Shown: positions 1 through 13,900, counted from the first letter of the stretch. The stretch is 64,000 nt of DNA from Cycas panzhihuaensis (GCA_023213395.1 CM041465.1:88605741-88669740), one strand, 5' to 3'. Made by a program: numbers and translations. The notes: a model not told the origin generated them from the letters alone.

Positions 1-1817
1 TCACCTATGATACCCACAATTGTGCTTGGTGATGAAATCCAAGTCACAATGGAGTCTGGGTACTCCCAATCCTCACCCAATTCACTAATGAGCAGCTATA
101 TACCTCCTCTAAAGAGTGGTACATGCATACTCATGGCTATAATAAATATTAGATTAGGTATATTTTAATCTTATATTTAAAGTTTTAGTTGTCCTGGTTG
201 GTTATTAGGATGATCCCTGATTTAGGCACAATGGTATGGCTAACCAAACCTCACCAATATTCAAGTTCAATCTAGTCCTAACTTGAAACCCACACCTCCT
301 TTATGGCATAATATTCTACTAACCAAGATATCTTAACATTGGCGAGTATATGAATAGGTAAAAGATGGCAGAAAATAATGTACGTGATGCATTCCTTTTA
401 AAGAGACTTAAAAGATTATTAAATTTGCATCAAACGTACATATAATTAAAAAATATAATGCTTGCTTGTAGTGCTTACTTGGAGTGTCTTTAGAGTGCTT
501 ACTTGAAGCAATTTTGGAGTGCTAAAATGTAATGATGATAAGTGAGTAAGGACACCAGATATTACTTCAATCCAAGTGTTTTTTTACTTACTTATACAAT
601 GGAATTTTATGCCTTATAAAAAAAAGAAGAAAATTTCTTCACTTTTTTTTTAATAAAAAAAAAAAAAGTAGTCTTCACTAAATTAATAATAACTTTCTCT
701 CACAATAACAAAATTGAGTACTAATTTTTGTACTAAAACTAGACTCAGAGCTTCATCTTAAGAAATAGAATCAAGTCTAAATGAGTTCTAAAAATTTTTT
801 GGCATTCCCGCAAAGTTAGGAGAATATATTTTTTCAAAATTCTTACTAAAAATAATTGTTGTTTACTAAAACAACAATAACTTTCTCATACAACAACGAA
901 ATTGGGTGCTAATTTTTGTGTTAGAAATTAGACTTAGAGACTCATCGTTGCAATTAGAATTAGGTCAATTGGAGCATTGTAGAAGATTTTGTAGACCTAT
1001 GAAGTTTAGCAAGCAAATTTTATTTCTATAAAAAATTTAGCTTACTAATATCTCATTAACACATGATACCATATAAAATTCCCATCATTTTTTTATCACC
1101 AAGATCCCAATATGGGCAAGGTGAAAGCATATAATAATGGACATTTTAAATGGATCCAATTTTATTTTAAAAAAAAGTGGGTAGAACCTTCCCTTACAAT
1201 CATTCTTCTAAAAGCTAGAAAACTTTTGGCAGCATTTCCCTTGTTAAATGGATAAAAAGAGGGAAAAGAAAAGAAGAATGAGATAGCATAAATGACCACC
1301 AAAGGATCTGAATCCTTGGGTCTTATAGCTCCTTATATTATGATTCCAAACCTATAAAAGAGAAAGGGAAAGTAAATAATACTAAATATTCTATGATAAT
1401 AACTTAAAAATATTTCTAAATCCACTTTCACAATCTTTTTTACCACATGGATTGTGGGGAAGAAAGAAGTGATGGCTCCATTGCAAGTGCAAGTGAGGAA
1501 TATGAAGGAAGTAAGCTCTGATACCATATGAAAAGAGTGGATCTATCCTTCATCTCCATGTACTAAACATAAAGATAAACATGGAAGTAAAAGAGACTTG
1601 AGAGAAAAAGAGTAGCTCTCATAAAATGGGGAGGTATGAATGAGCTTCCTCCATTGAGCTTTTACTTTTATATTGGGAGAGGGAGAATTAGAGTTAGGTG
1701 AAATGAAATTACACATAAAAGTATATTTCACTTAGGTGATCTAATTTAAAGTTTACTTAAGACCTTTTTTAGAAATAATCAACTAATATAATGACCTTAT
1801 GACATTAACCTTTTTCA
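1..1817 (-). mobile_element. Ty1/copia LTR retrotransposon, 5' end (copy A: LTR, PBS and leader); runs off the left edge
   Basis: LTR 1529-1817 with TGAAAA...TTTTCA termini. PBS GCTCTGATACCA at 1515-1526 (reverse complement TGGTATCAGAGC, tRNA-iMet). Whole segment is colinear with 9103-10938, which leads into a copia gag-pol. Confidence 0.9.
670..1010. repeat. Degenerate ~188-bp tandem duplication in the copia leader (also present at ~9785-10125)
   Basis: AACTTTCTC...AAATT...CTAATTTTTG...AGACT.AGAG block occurs at 691 and 879, and is reproduced in copy B. Confidence 0.75.
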
Positions 1818-4090
1818 ATCCCTCTACCATGTGACTAAAGAAGTTAATAGTAATCCCTAAGGCCTCCTACTGGTACAACTGATAGGACCTTAGATCCCCT
1901 CATTTTAGCCGTATGTTCTTCCAAATATATGATTAGAGAACTAAAATTTTAACCCTCTCAAACTTCTTTGGAGTCACATCTACCTATGCACCAAGCATTG
2001 CAAACCCTCCCATTAAGAGTGGAAGTACCCAAACTTGTCAAGGAAGGAAAAACCTTCTCTCGAGAAGAAATAGTACTCCATGCATGGAGAGTGCCTATAA
2101 AAAGATGCTAAATATTAGTCGTAACATCCTGATCTCACATATCGATATGACTCTTCATCTTAGAAGACCTCCAAGCCTAATTTAGAGTAATCTATTCATA
2201 GGGATCCTTTCTTAAATCATGAGGACTAGGATCAACTTTCCCAGAACATGAGGACAAGGAGTAAGAGATGATCCCCTAATCATTCCTTTGATCAAGTGAA
2301 GGGAAAGAGGCTAAGGGATCTATCCCCTTCGTCAAGCCCTAGGTCCCATCACTCCTTATCCTCTCAACCCAAAAACAAGGGGAAGAGAGTGATCTAAATG
2401 CTTGAAACCACTCTCGTGCACCCAGTCACGGGGTCCTAAGCCATGAAGGAGGCTATCAAACCTCCTCTTCCTAACAATAACCCCTTATAAATCCTCCTAT
2501 AATAGAGATCCCTCTAGTCTTAAAGACTATTCTTATGTGCCTTAGGTGTTATGATTTTAGAAGGCTCTTCCCTAACCCACAGGGAAAGGGAAGGCCTTCT
2601 CCATCCTTGAAGAGTTACACTCTATGTCTGTAGGGATATCTATGATGGATGTTTTATGAAACTGCCCTGAGTAATGCACCCTTCTTCTTAAAGCTCTTAG
2701 TCAATAAGATGCTCCTATCTAGCCATGAGTACCACCTCATATGGACTATTTGTCATCTCATTTAACATAAGAGATCTTCCATCTCCTAGTGACGAGAATA
2801 TTTTTAGCACTACTCATTCATCATTACAATTGATACTCTTTATTTGATGATAAGGAGGATCATCTTAGACAATGGTTCCTTGGTTAATGCTATGCTCATG
2901 TGGATGATAGGAAAGTTAGGCATAGAGGCTCTCAAGCCCATTCCTTAGAAATGCTAAGGATATAACAAGACTGAGAAATCCCCTTTAACAATGGTTACCC
3001 TCTCCCTCATATTAAAGGAGAAGATTGTCCTTATAGATATTATTATGCTCAATATCAACATTAAGTACAACCTCCTATTAGGTCAACCATGGCTCAATCA
3101 AATTGGAGCTATTCATTCCTTATGCTTGGGGCAACTCAAGTTTGTCCATGAAGGACAAGTTAAGGTTATTACTCGTGAGGGTCTGCCTTCATGTACATCT
3201 CTTCTTACTTACTAGGTTATCTTTGATGCCCAAGATAATGATCCCAATGATGTTATCCTTTCTTTAGGAAATCTATTTTAGGGGGCCAACCTTCACTAAG
3301 ATGAACCCCTACCTCACCTAATCTAGTTAGGTTTGTGCCTATTGACATAGGTAACTATGGCTACCTAACTATCATGAATGACCTTGAGTCAGATGCTAAG
3401 GACCATAAGCCCCCTTCTTAACATGTTACTTTGATTTCTCATATACCCAGGGAGGTGTCCCATGTAGACCTTGCCTCACACATTAACTCTTTGATGCCTT
3501 CTAAACCACTAGATTTGGACCAGCTGCTCCTCTTATTTTTCCACTCTATTTGGGTGATTTCTTGTAGGCATACACACTAATATACCACTCGTCAGAGTGC
3601 CTCATCCTCGTGCCCTAGACCTTCATTGAGGACTAGAGCCTGTTGTACCTACACACAACCATTCCACATGATCTATCATACATCAGGTCCCTTGCATCAA
3701 TTTAGTTCTAACCAAACTCCTTTTACTCATGGGACCAACCATGTTAGGACCACCTATTATTTGCTCTAAAATGAGAATAAACTACCATTTGATTATGATG
3801 TCAGATTCCCTTAAAAGGGGGTATGGTATATATTTAAGCTTTATGATGCTGCCACTTATTAGATAGTGGGGCCCTTCTTCAATGCTTGAGTAGTGGTAGA
3901 CATTCCTTGATATAGGAAGCATCTCTATACTCATGTTTAATCTCTTTGTCAATCCATAGCCATGAGCCAGATCAAGCCCCATGGGGGTAGCTTTACCCAA
4001 TTGCCCGCTACTCCCTTAGGACTTTTGGGTATCTGTACCCACCACATCCTATCCTTACTTAAATCACTACCCTTGCCTTAAAGGGGCATG
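1818..4090 (+). mobile_element. Decayed Ty3/gypsy (Tat/Ogre-like) gag C-terminus, protease and possible G-patch region; RT/INT absent
   Basis: Broken-frame motifs ISMMDVL...LLLKAL (~2640-2700), ISFNIRDLP (~2755) and protease IRRIILDNGSLVN (~2850-2887). ORF 2991-3215 gives YNLLLGQPWLNQIGAIHSLCLGQLKF, resembling the Tat/Ogre YNxLLGRPWIH..GAV.STLHQ.LKF block. Weak G-patch-like GYG...GLGY remnant at ~3820-4035. Confidence 0.75.
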
Positions 4091-4489
4091 TGATTCTTCT
4101 TACCCAAGTATCACATGATAATACCTAATCTAACTAGGTGATCATGTATGCTTAGTATGTGCTCTAAGCCATGTACAAAACTAAATAATAGCATCAAGTA
4201 AGAACGAACAAGCCTATATAAATTTATGCATCCATATATCCATAGCAATCAAACAAATTTACAACTCATGTAAAAAGGGAGGAAGTAATGTGGACCATGT
4301 CTCTATTTATATAGTCATCAAAAATGAGTATAATGGTATAATAATACAATGTAATCTAGGAAGCCAGAATCTGTACAAGGGGGTGTACAATCATCTCATG
4401 CATAGTATGGAACCCCCCGGAGGTCTAAGTCTTTCCTCTGATAAAAAATAAATCATACATAAGATCCCATATAATAATCTAGATGTAAT

Positions 4490-4920
4490 CATAGATCATC
4501 ACCCTCCATCTACCCTACTCTCTGGTCTAAGGACCAAGCCCCTCCAAGGCTCCTCCTAGATCATTATGAGATCCTAGCCTTACTCCCCTCAACACATATG
4601 TAGCTTTCATCTCACAGTCGCTGGTGGGAAGGTGTCATTGTATGTGTGTAGGAGGACCTATCTATCATCTAGTCCATGAGCTTGTCATACCATACTTGGA
4701 GGTAGTCCCACTCCTCCTAGACCCCCTTTAACTGTGTCTTTAGGATCAAGATCCTCATCTCAGCTGCTCAGACCCCCTTCTGAGGTGTGACCACTTCCTA
4801 GTCTGCTCCCTCTCTTACCTAAGCCTCTAACTCTCCTTCTTGGGCTTGTAGCCAATCTAGCTATGTTTACCTCTCCTAGGACTCCATAACCCATATGTCC
4901 TGGACCTTGACCATATGTTT
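4490..4920 (-). pseudogene. Decayed E/Q/L/K-rich coiled-coil-like ORF, antisense to the gypsy fragment
   Basis: Minus frame from 4920 reads ...LDWLQAQEGELEA*VREGAD*EVVTPQKGV*AAEMRILILKTQLKGV*EEWDYLQVWYDKLMD*M. Composition is heptad-like, with multiple stops. Confidence 0.45.
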
Positions 4921-4924
4921 ACCT

Positions 4925-7900
4925 ATTAATTATTTATCATTATTAGCATATCATCCAAAAAGATTAAGAGGTAAGTGACTTTATCATTTTGGCACTTGAT
5001 GAATAATGTTGCATCAATATCTTGATAGTCATAAATCTCATATCCAAGTTGCCTCATTCTTTCAAACAACTTGGTAAACCAAGCACTAGGGGTTTGTTTT
5101 AGGCCGTATAAGGACTTTTTGAGCCTACAAACCTTATGCTTCTAATCGATAATATTATATCCTTCTGGCTGAGCCATGTAAATTTCTTCTTTAAGGTCCC
5201 CATTAAGAAATGTAATCTAACATTAAGTTGGTGGATTTTCTAACCCTGTTGAGTAGCTAAGGCTATAGGAGTTCTGATTGTAGGCCACTTGGTTGTAGGA
5301 GCAAAGATTTCAATGTAGTTGATTCCTTCCCTTTACGTGAATCCTTTTGCTACCAACTTTGCCTTGTGTTTTTCTAGGGTACTATCTCATCTATACTTGT
5401 TTTTAAACACCTATTTGTTTTGAACTACCTTTCTTCTAAGTGGTAGATCAACAAGCTCCCATGTACCATTCTTGATAAGAGATTGGTACCCTTCATTCAT
5501 GGCATTTCTCCAAGTTGCATGCTTTACAACTTCTTGGTACGTTAGGGGCTCTTTATTAAGAGCAAGGTGCAATTCTATTAGTTCAATCTCAATAGAAAGT
5601 AATCCATGCATCCTTGCTCTATGGGCACTTCTAGTGCCAATTTTTCCTACCTTATCTCGTTACATGTCCTTGTGTAGCTGGTAGGCTTTACAAAAACCTC
5701 GAGTTGGGAATGAGGTTTTTATTTCTATAGCATCTTGGTCTTCGTTTTGATCTTCAAAAGGATCATGTGAAATGTTTGGCACAGAGGAAGTTGATGATGC
5801 TGGAGAAGATGGGCTAGCCACTGATGTTGGAGAAGATGGTCCTTCTGTTATGGCTTTGCCTTCATCAACTTAGCTATTCACAAATGATGGTGTTAGATGT
5901 GTACACATTGGTTGGGAGTCACAGCTTGTATCCTCTGGGGCTTTATTATTAGATTCCAATATTTTAAGCAATTGTTATGCATCTCCCCCTCTAAATTCAG
6001 TAGCATTATTAAATTGGTATGAAGGTATCTTGGAGTCAAGTATGAGTAATTAATCATCATTATGTAAAGATAACATCTTTAGTTATGATAATTTTACATT
6101 ATGAAGGTATAAAAACCTTGTACCTATTTTTGTCCATAGGGCATTCGACAAAGATGCCTTTGAGGGTTCTATATTAGAGCTTATTTCTATGTTCCTCCAA
6201 AATGTGAGCATAATGAGTAGAGCCAAAAATTCTAAAGTAGGAGATAGAGGGGGTTTATCCATACTACATTTCATGTGGAAAGGGGCAGAGCTTGGAGGGA
6301 CTAACAATTTTGATGCAATATATAGTAGTCCAAACAGCCTCAGCCCAAAGATAGATAAGGATGTTCTTATATACTAGCATAGCATGAGCCATATTCATGA
6401 TGGTCCTATTCGTGCACTCGGCAACTCTATTTTATTGGGGTATACCTGCAATAGTGGTCTGATGTTTGATTCCATACTAACGTAGGTACGATTCAAACTC
6501 ATTGGATATCTACTTGTTACTATTATCAGTCCTAAGTATTTTGATCTTGAATCCAGATTCATTTTCCACGTGGGCCTTGGAAGCTTGAAACATAGAAAAG
6601 GCTTTATCTTTCTTTGCAAGAAAAGTAACCCATACTTTCTTGGTAAAATCATCAATGAAAATAATATAGTACCACTTTTTTTTTAGAGAAGGGATGGTCA
6701 TAGGACCATATATATCTAAGTATACAAGATACAAAGGTTAGCTAGATTTCCACTAACTATGAGGAAAGGGTTGTCTTTCAGATTTGACAATGATATATGC
6801 TTTGCATTTAAAGGGATTAGAGGAGAGCTTAGGTATACTAGGAAGAGTGATATGTAGTTCTCTTAAACAATCAATTTTAATATGACCTATATGAGTATGA
6901 CATAGGGCTGCTTGGGACAATGTTTAAGGAGTCAGGGTTGTGGTAAAAGTAGAGTCATCATCAACATAGTTAGCTTCAGAGGATGGTAAGTTAGTTAGGT
7001 AAAAAAGCTTGCCATCAAGAATTCTGGTCATAACTATAGCATTTGAAGGAGGGTGAATGACACAGAGAGTTACACTCAAATCAAAACCATGAGAGTTAAA
7101 GGTGGACATGGAGAGAAGTTTCTACTTCAGAGTAGGAATATATAAAACATCAATAAGGATAAAATCTAGAAGGCCTAGGAGTTTTAAGCAAACAGTTTCA
7201 AGTCTTTCGACTAACTGAGATGATTTGTCAGCCATATGTATAATACCATAAACTTCAAAATCAAAATCTTGAAAGAACTAGTGATGACAAGTCATGTGTT
7301 ATGTTGCTCTAATATCCATGATCTACAATGAAGTATTTGAGGTGGAACTATTTACAACTCTAAGTGGTGAAGGCAAATGTGAATAAGCATAGCCACAATG
7401 AGCCTTAATATACTTAGTAGATCTATCAACAACATTTGATGAAGTGGTCCCAATTCTTTGAAGGTGTGCATGAGCAAATTACATTCTACCAAAAGCATCT
7501 TCAAAAGAAGTATTATCAATATTTTATACACCATAGTATTGTTAATAGATTGGTAGTTTAATGGTGGTAATTCTATAATTTTTGGCATAGTGTCCTTTCC
7601 TATTATACCTTTGGCACACAATTATTTGATTTCCAGTCCTATAAGAAGTATTATGCTGGTTAGATTATTTCTAATTACTAGATCTAGGTTTAGGTTGATT
7701 ATTTTAGCCTCAGCCTTAAAACTATTTTTGTTGAAGTTGAGGAGTTTGTTGACCAAGAGGACGTTGTCCTTGTTGTGTACCTCTACCTCCTCCATGAGAA
7801 TTACTACCTCTACGAGAGTATTGACCTTGATTTTGTTATAACAAAGATCTTCTTCCACTTCAAAATTAGCATCATTTGGATTAGATATAGTGGCAAAGTT

Positions 7901-10900
7901 GGTATCAAAGGTCTTATCAAATTCAATGAACTTATCAGTAAGATCCTCAAAGTTTAGAGTCCTTAAAGTGCCACTAGATTGAAGATTTCCCAGTAAATTT
8001 TTATAATCTAGGATATGGAGATATGATTGAATCAAGAAATCTCATGTAATGCATTGAGTTTTAAAATCTTTATCAATGGATTTCTTGATTAGATAAAGGA
8101 GATTAATTATCTCACTTGTATGTCATTTCTACATTTTCAATTTGTTCATCTTCAGTACTAAGTGAACAAATTCTAAGTCTAATTTAATGTCAAAGTTCTT
8201 CTTAAGACCTTTACAAACTTTCCATGTTGTATCATGTACAACTTCATCAATGAGATTATGTAGGGAATAATCAATGACAAGAAGAATCCCTACATGAATT
8301 TTATCATTATCAAGTTCCCATTAGCATTTGGCTATAGCTTCAGTGGAAGCAATTAGAGAACCTCCTCCAGAAACAACTGAGGTAGCTATAGCTACAACAA
8401 ATGGTGTAGGTTGCAAGTGATCTCTCCAAAGACATTCATACTTTGTAGTATTTCTGATACTAGTAAACCATGTCCCAATTTTCTTTTCCTTTTAGAATGT
8501 AGTTCACATTTTGCTTGAACTATGAAGACATGGTATTTTTTGAGAAGGGAAGAAATAAACAAGGGCTATAAAAGTGATGGTAATAAATGACCAATCAATA
8601 TTTACAAATGGCTGATGTAATAAAGTAGTGTAGTAGAAGGAAGAAGAAGTAAGAATAGTTGCTCAAAGATGAAGGGAGCAACTTAGAGAAAAGTCACCAA
8701 TGCTTGTGACAAATATTAACCTAATGCAGTAGTAATATGAGAAGTACTATGATGAAAATTGGCCACTAACACTTGTGGCAAATATTAACCTGATGCAATA
8801 GGAAAATGAGATGTACTATGATGAAAATTGACCACTAATACTTATGGAAAATATTAACATAATACAGTAGGAATATGAGAAGCATTATGATTATGATTAC
8901 ACTATGGATCATTTTTTACAAATAAGTAAGTGATCAATGTATAAAATTATAGGCCAATGTAGAAGCTGATATCATTTGGTGTACATAATTTGAAACTCAA
9001 ATGTAGGATGTGTAATCAACCAAATAACCTCTAACTTATGTTCAATATGTAGTTGAGGTTATTGAAGGGATGCCTAGGCTTCTAGTATAATTAAGTTGGC
9101 CTTCACTTGTGATACTCGTAATTGTGCTTGGTGATAAAATCCAAGTCACAATGGAGCCCAGGTACTACTAATTCTTACACAGTTCACTAATAAGAAGTTA
9201 TATACCTCCTATGAAGAGTGGTATATGCATACCTATGGATATGATGGATATTGGATTAGGTATATTTTTATCTTGTATTTAAAGTTTTAATTTTCCTGGT
9301 TGGTTATCAAGATGACCCTTGATTAAGACACGATGGTATGGCTAACCAAACCTCACCAATATTCTGGTCTAGTCCAGTCCTAACTTGAAATCTATATCTC
9401 CTTTATGGCATGGTATTCTACCAACTAAGGTATCTCAAACTTGGAAAGTGTGTGAATAGGTGCAAGATGGTGGAAAATAACATACGTGATGCATTCCTTT
9501 TAGGGAGAGTGAAAAGATTAACAAATTTACATCGAACATACACATAACTGAAAAGAGAATGTTTACTTGGAATGCTTGCTTAGAGTGTTTACTTGGAGTG
9601 TCTTTAAAGTGCTTACTTGAAGTGATTTTAAAGTGCTAAAATGTAATGTTGATAAGTGAGTGAGGACACCAGATATTGCTCTGATCTAGGTGTTATTTTA
9701 CTCACTTTTACAATAGGATTTTAAACCTTATAAAAAGAAGGAAGAAATTTTTTTCACATTTTTTTTTAACATAAAAAAAAGTAGTCTTCACTAAATCAAC
9801 AATAACTTTCTCCCACAATAACAAAATAGAGTGTTAATTTTTGTGCTGAAAACAAGACTTAGAGCTTCATCTTTAGGAAGTAGAATTAGGTCCAAATGAG
9901 TTATGAAATTTTTTTGTAGTCCTACAAAGTTAGGATAATATATTTTTCTAGAATTCTTACTAAAAATAATTATTATTCACTAAGACATTAATAACTTTCT
10001 CATACAATATCAAAATTAGGTGCTAGTTTTTGTACTAGAAAGTAGACTGAGATCCTCATCTTTGACAATTAGAATTAGGTCAATTGGATCTCTTTAGAAT
10101 ATTTTGTAGACTTATGAATTTTAGCAAGCAAAATTTATTTCTATAAAAAATTTAGCTTGTTAATATCTCATTAACACATGATACCATATGAAATTTCCAT
10201 CATTTTTTTATCACAAGGATCCCAATATGAGTAAGGTAAGAGTATACAATGATAGATATTTTAAATGGCTTCAAATTCTTTAAAACAAGTGGGTAGAACC
10301 ACCCCTTACAATTATTCTTCTAAAAGCTAGAAAATATTTAGCAACATTTTCTCTTGTTAAATGGATAAAAAGAGGGGAAAGAAAAGAAGAATGAGATAGC
10401 ATAAATAGCCACCAAAGGATTAGAATCCTTGGGCCTTATAACTCTTTGTATTGTGCTTCCAAACTTATAAAAGAGAAAGGGAAAGTAAATAATACTAAAT
10501 ATACTATGGTAAAAACTTAAAAATATTTCTAAATCCACTTTCACAATCTCTTTCACCATATAGATTATGGGGGAGAAGGAAGTGATAGATCCATTGTAAG
10601 TGTAAGTAAGGAATATAAAGGAAATAAGCTCTAATACCACATGAAAAGAGTGGATCTATCCTTTATCTCCATGCACTAAACACAAAGGCAAATATAGGAG
10701 CAAGAGAGACTTAAGAGAAAAAAGTAGCTCTTACAAAATGGAAAGGTAAGAATGAGCCTCCTCCATTGAGCTTTTACTTTTATATTGAGAGAGGGAGCAT
10801 TAGAGTTAGGTGAAATGAAATTACACATAATGCACATGAAACTACATTTCACTTAAGTGATCTAATTTAAAGTTCACTTAAAATCCTTTTTAGAAATAAT

Positions 10901-10938
10901 CAACTAATGTAATGACCTTGTGACATTAACCCTTTTCA
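4925..10938 (-). mobile_element. Ty1/copia LTR retrotransposon (copy B), 3'-truncated within RT
   Basis: 5' LTR 10642-10938 (TGAAAA...TTTTCA). PBS GCTCTAATACCA at 10628-10639. Leader of ~2.1 kb, gag ATG ~8531 (ILKGKENWD). Protease *IMDIRAT*HM at ~7290-7325. Integrase LDIYGP/IFIDDFTKK/LRTDNS (ORF 6510-6734). RT WELVDLP and FLDDMLI (~4944-4961), then an abrupt junction. Confidence 0.92.
8690..8892. repeat. Tandem repeat, 3 x 69 bp, in the copia B leader just upstream of gag
   Basis: AAATATTAAC recurs at 8711, 8780 and 8849 with conserved flanks (...ATGAGAAGTACTATGATGAAAATTG...). Confidence 0.9.
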
Positions 10939-13900
10939 CATTAAACATTACGTATATGTGATTATCATATATTTTAATATTCCTCCTTAATGTTTAATAT
11001 CCTTGAATCTTAACTTTAAGTATTTAAGTATTCATCCTTTTATCTTCAACTTATATGCTAGATCATATAACTTATATACTTATATCAACTTATATGTAGT
11101 CATTTGTATATCAGTAGTGATCATCTATAAACAACCAACCTGTAATATAAACCATCACTAAGATCAATATATATAAAGTGTTTTCATATACATCTTCATA
11201 TCTTCACCTATATAACTACTTTTAATCAACATTTTATTGATCATAATTAACATTTTATCAACTATTTATTAAATCAATCAATAAATAGAGTGATATCTGA
11301 GTCCATATAAAGCAATAACCATCTAAAATACATGTGTAACTAGCCTCTATAATTGCTAGTTCTCTAGTTGATCATTTTAGATACATGGTTTATCATCCTT
11401 TCACATTACTTGTAGCATAAATAGCTTCTTTATTCCCTATTAGTTAGATCATATCAATAGCTAAATATTTATTAGATCTCATCTATAACTAATACTTAAT
11501 ATATAACATGAGACTTTTTTTATCTCATTAATAAGTGGATTCCTAATCTTATTATTAATCAAACTTGGTACTCTTACCAAGTGGTGTCATTAATCATCAA
11601 AATAGGTTTAATTATCCAAGTGGTATGTTTATTTAATTAGTGTCTTCTATCCACAAACCCAAATGTATCTATCTAAGGGGGATAATACATGTTCAACATA
11701 TTAAGAATATTTCATATCATTAATTTATCAAATGATTTTTAGTTCATGATTTTTTTGACTAACTTGAAGCCTTTAAATATCATAAATGAGCCTTAATTTA
11801 TTCACATTTAAATAAAACCTTCTTTTTCTTTTACCATCTTTCAAAAATAACTTTACCATCATGTTTGGAGCCTTTGAAAAAATTAGAATGTATGGAATTC
11901 ATCTATCATAAGGTTTTGAGCACTTATATTAATTTTACCTTTCATTTTCATTATCATCTACTATCTAAAGTATGTTGTGTGACCACTTATTTTGATTATC
12001 TTAAATTTCTCTTTCTAATGTAACTAATGACACTTGATTTTAATATATGAGTGATGAATTATACTAAAAAAAGTGCCAATGTGTCATGAAAAACTACATA
12101 ATCCTTAAGAAATGGGTGGTAGATTTGAAAAAATATCAAATATTATATAAAATTTTTAAAAATTAAAAAACTATCCAATTTAATTTACTCCATTTTAGAG
12201 TCCACCCCCTTCATGGCTTAGCCCCTAGTCCCATGGGCTTGCTATATAACCTCATATTGACAAATAAGGGGTTGCGACTAGAATTAAAAATTTATCAAAT
12301 TCACTTAAATTTAAAAATCGAAAATAATTTTTTTATTCTATAAAAAATAATTTATTTGTATAATTTTGTCTTTGCATTCGAAAAATTTCGTACGTGCATC
12401 TCAATTTCTCTATGTATTCTATTTGAATGATTAATAATCTTTAGTGAGTGCATTATTTGTTCCTCCATGGTATACATATGTGGATAATTCTCATATTTCT
12501 ATTTATGGCATGGCATATCATAGAATGCTTTAGGAGCCGTCTAGACATAAAGGTATAGTTTAATCATGTGGGCTCTATTCTGACTAGTACCCATCATTAT
12601 TTTGAGGGTGGCTCTAAATATACTCCTCTGTAGAGTGGTTTTCCTACCTGTACATAACTACATGCTCCATGGATAGCTAGGGCTATAGGTTGCATCTCTA
12701 TATGGCAATAATTATTAGGTGTTTGTAATATTTTTATTTATATGGATGGTATTACTTAGTATGGATGATCTATGGGGGTTAATAGGTATAAGAACAATTA
12801 CTTCCTACTTGTAGACCATTAGCATGTGGTGGCAACCAACTTCATAGGCTCTACGATAAACATTGTGGCATATAACAAAAGTAAAAAAATAAACACTAAG
12901 GCATGGATACCATGTTGTAAAATAGAGAAAAATATAATAAAATTACATTTTGGCTAATGTCTAATGTCACACCCTCATAACATCCTCATAAAATGTATTT
13001 TATTTATGTCATTAATAATATCATTATACCATAAATTATCCATATAACTATTAATTTACTCATGCCCATATTATTCCATTAAAAGAAAATGCCTTCATGT
13101 AAGTTTCATGCGACTATAATATTGTCATGCCCTCATAATTTTCACTTTATCTACATATCAATAATATGCCCTCTTTATTATCCACATAAATATTTCATGT
13201 TGTTGTAATAAACTTAAAATATGACACATATCTCTTTATTGTGCTATTAAAAAAACATGTGTTTTACACCTATTAACATGTTGTTGTATAAGACTATTAC
13301 CTACTTTATACTTACTAATAGGTTTTCCTCATTTTGGCAATGAATCTCACTAAGAGGCACTTGTAAAAGCCTTCAGAATCGTTTAAAAGTGATAGTGAAT
13401 CTTTTAGGAGGACACTTGTAAAAGGCTTCACTATGAACATCAGTAACTACTTCACCTCTTATATGCAGCTAGATCACTAGCATAGCACTAGTATATTTAA
13501 ACTTTTGCCTTAATAAATACACCTCATATCTAGCTCTTGTATCCGTCATAGCTCATATTATCTTATCATACAGGTTTATATAGGTTATCTTCTTAGTGCA
13601 TAAGATCTTATAACCATGGCTCTAATACCATGTTGAAATATCACTCTAATACCATATTAAAATATATAGTAGTAGAATTTACTCATGAGATATATACACA
13701 AGTAAATAAACAAGCATGTAAAGTAAACTTTAAATATGTAAAGCATTCTATAATATTCAAGCATGACAACATCACCACAAGAGATAGACATTAAGATTTA
13801 TATATGAAAAACCTAGTGTGGAAAAAATCATGTGAGAAGGTGGAGTTTGGACTCCTCTTATGATCATAAATATTATGTCTCCTTTCTTTATTCTTTCTCA

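Noticed and set aside
1333-1731. ORFs 1333-1527, 1543-1731 and paralogous 10338-10640 as small membrane-protein genes
   Set aside because: They overlap LTR, PBS and leader sequence, and the hydrophobicity reflects T-rich DNA. Similarity between copies is just repeat homology.
7352-8035. Longest ORFs (7622-8035, 7352-7621) as a host gene
   Set aside because: They are frameshifted pieces of the copia B gag region, lying between the gag start and the protease motif.
8690-8892. Regularly spaced repeats as a CRISPR-like array
   Set aside because: Units are contiguous with no unique spacers, the context is a eukaryotic retrotransposon leader, and there are no cas genes.
1529-10938. One intact element bounded by LTRs 1529-1817 and 10642-10938
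   Set aside because: Both LTRs have a PBS and leader on the same side, so both are 5' LTRs. No PPT or RNase H adjoins the left one.
12000-12500. DNA-transposon-like subterminal AT-rich segment inside element E
   Set aside because: No terminal inverted repeats or TSD could be identified by eye.
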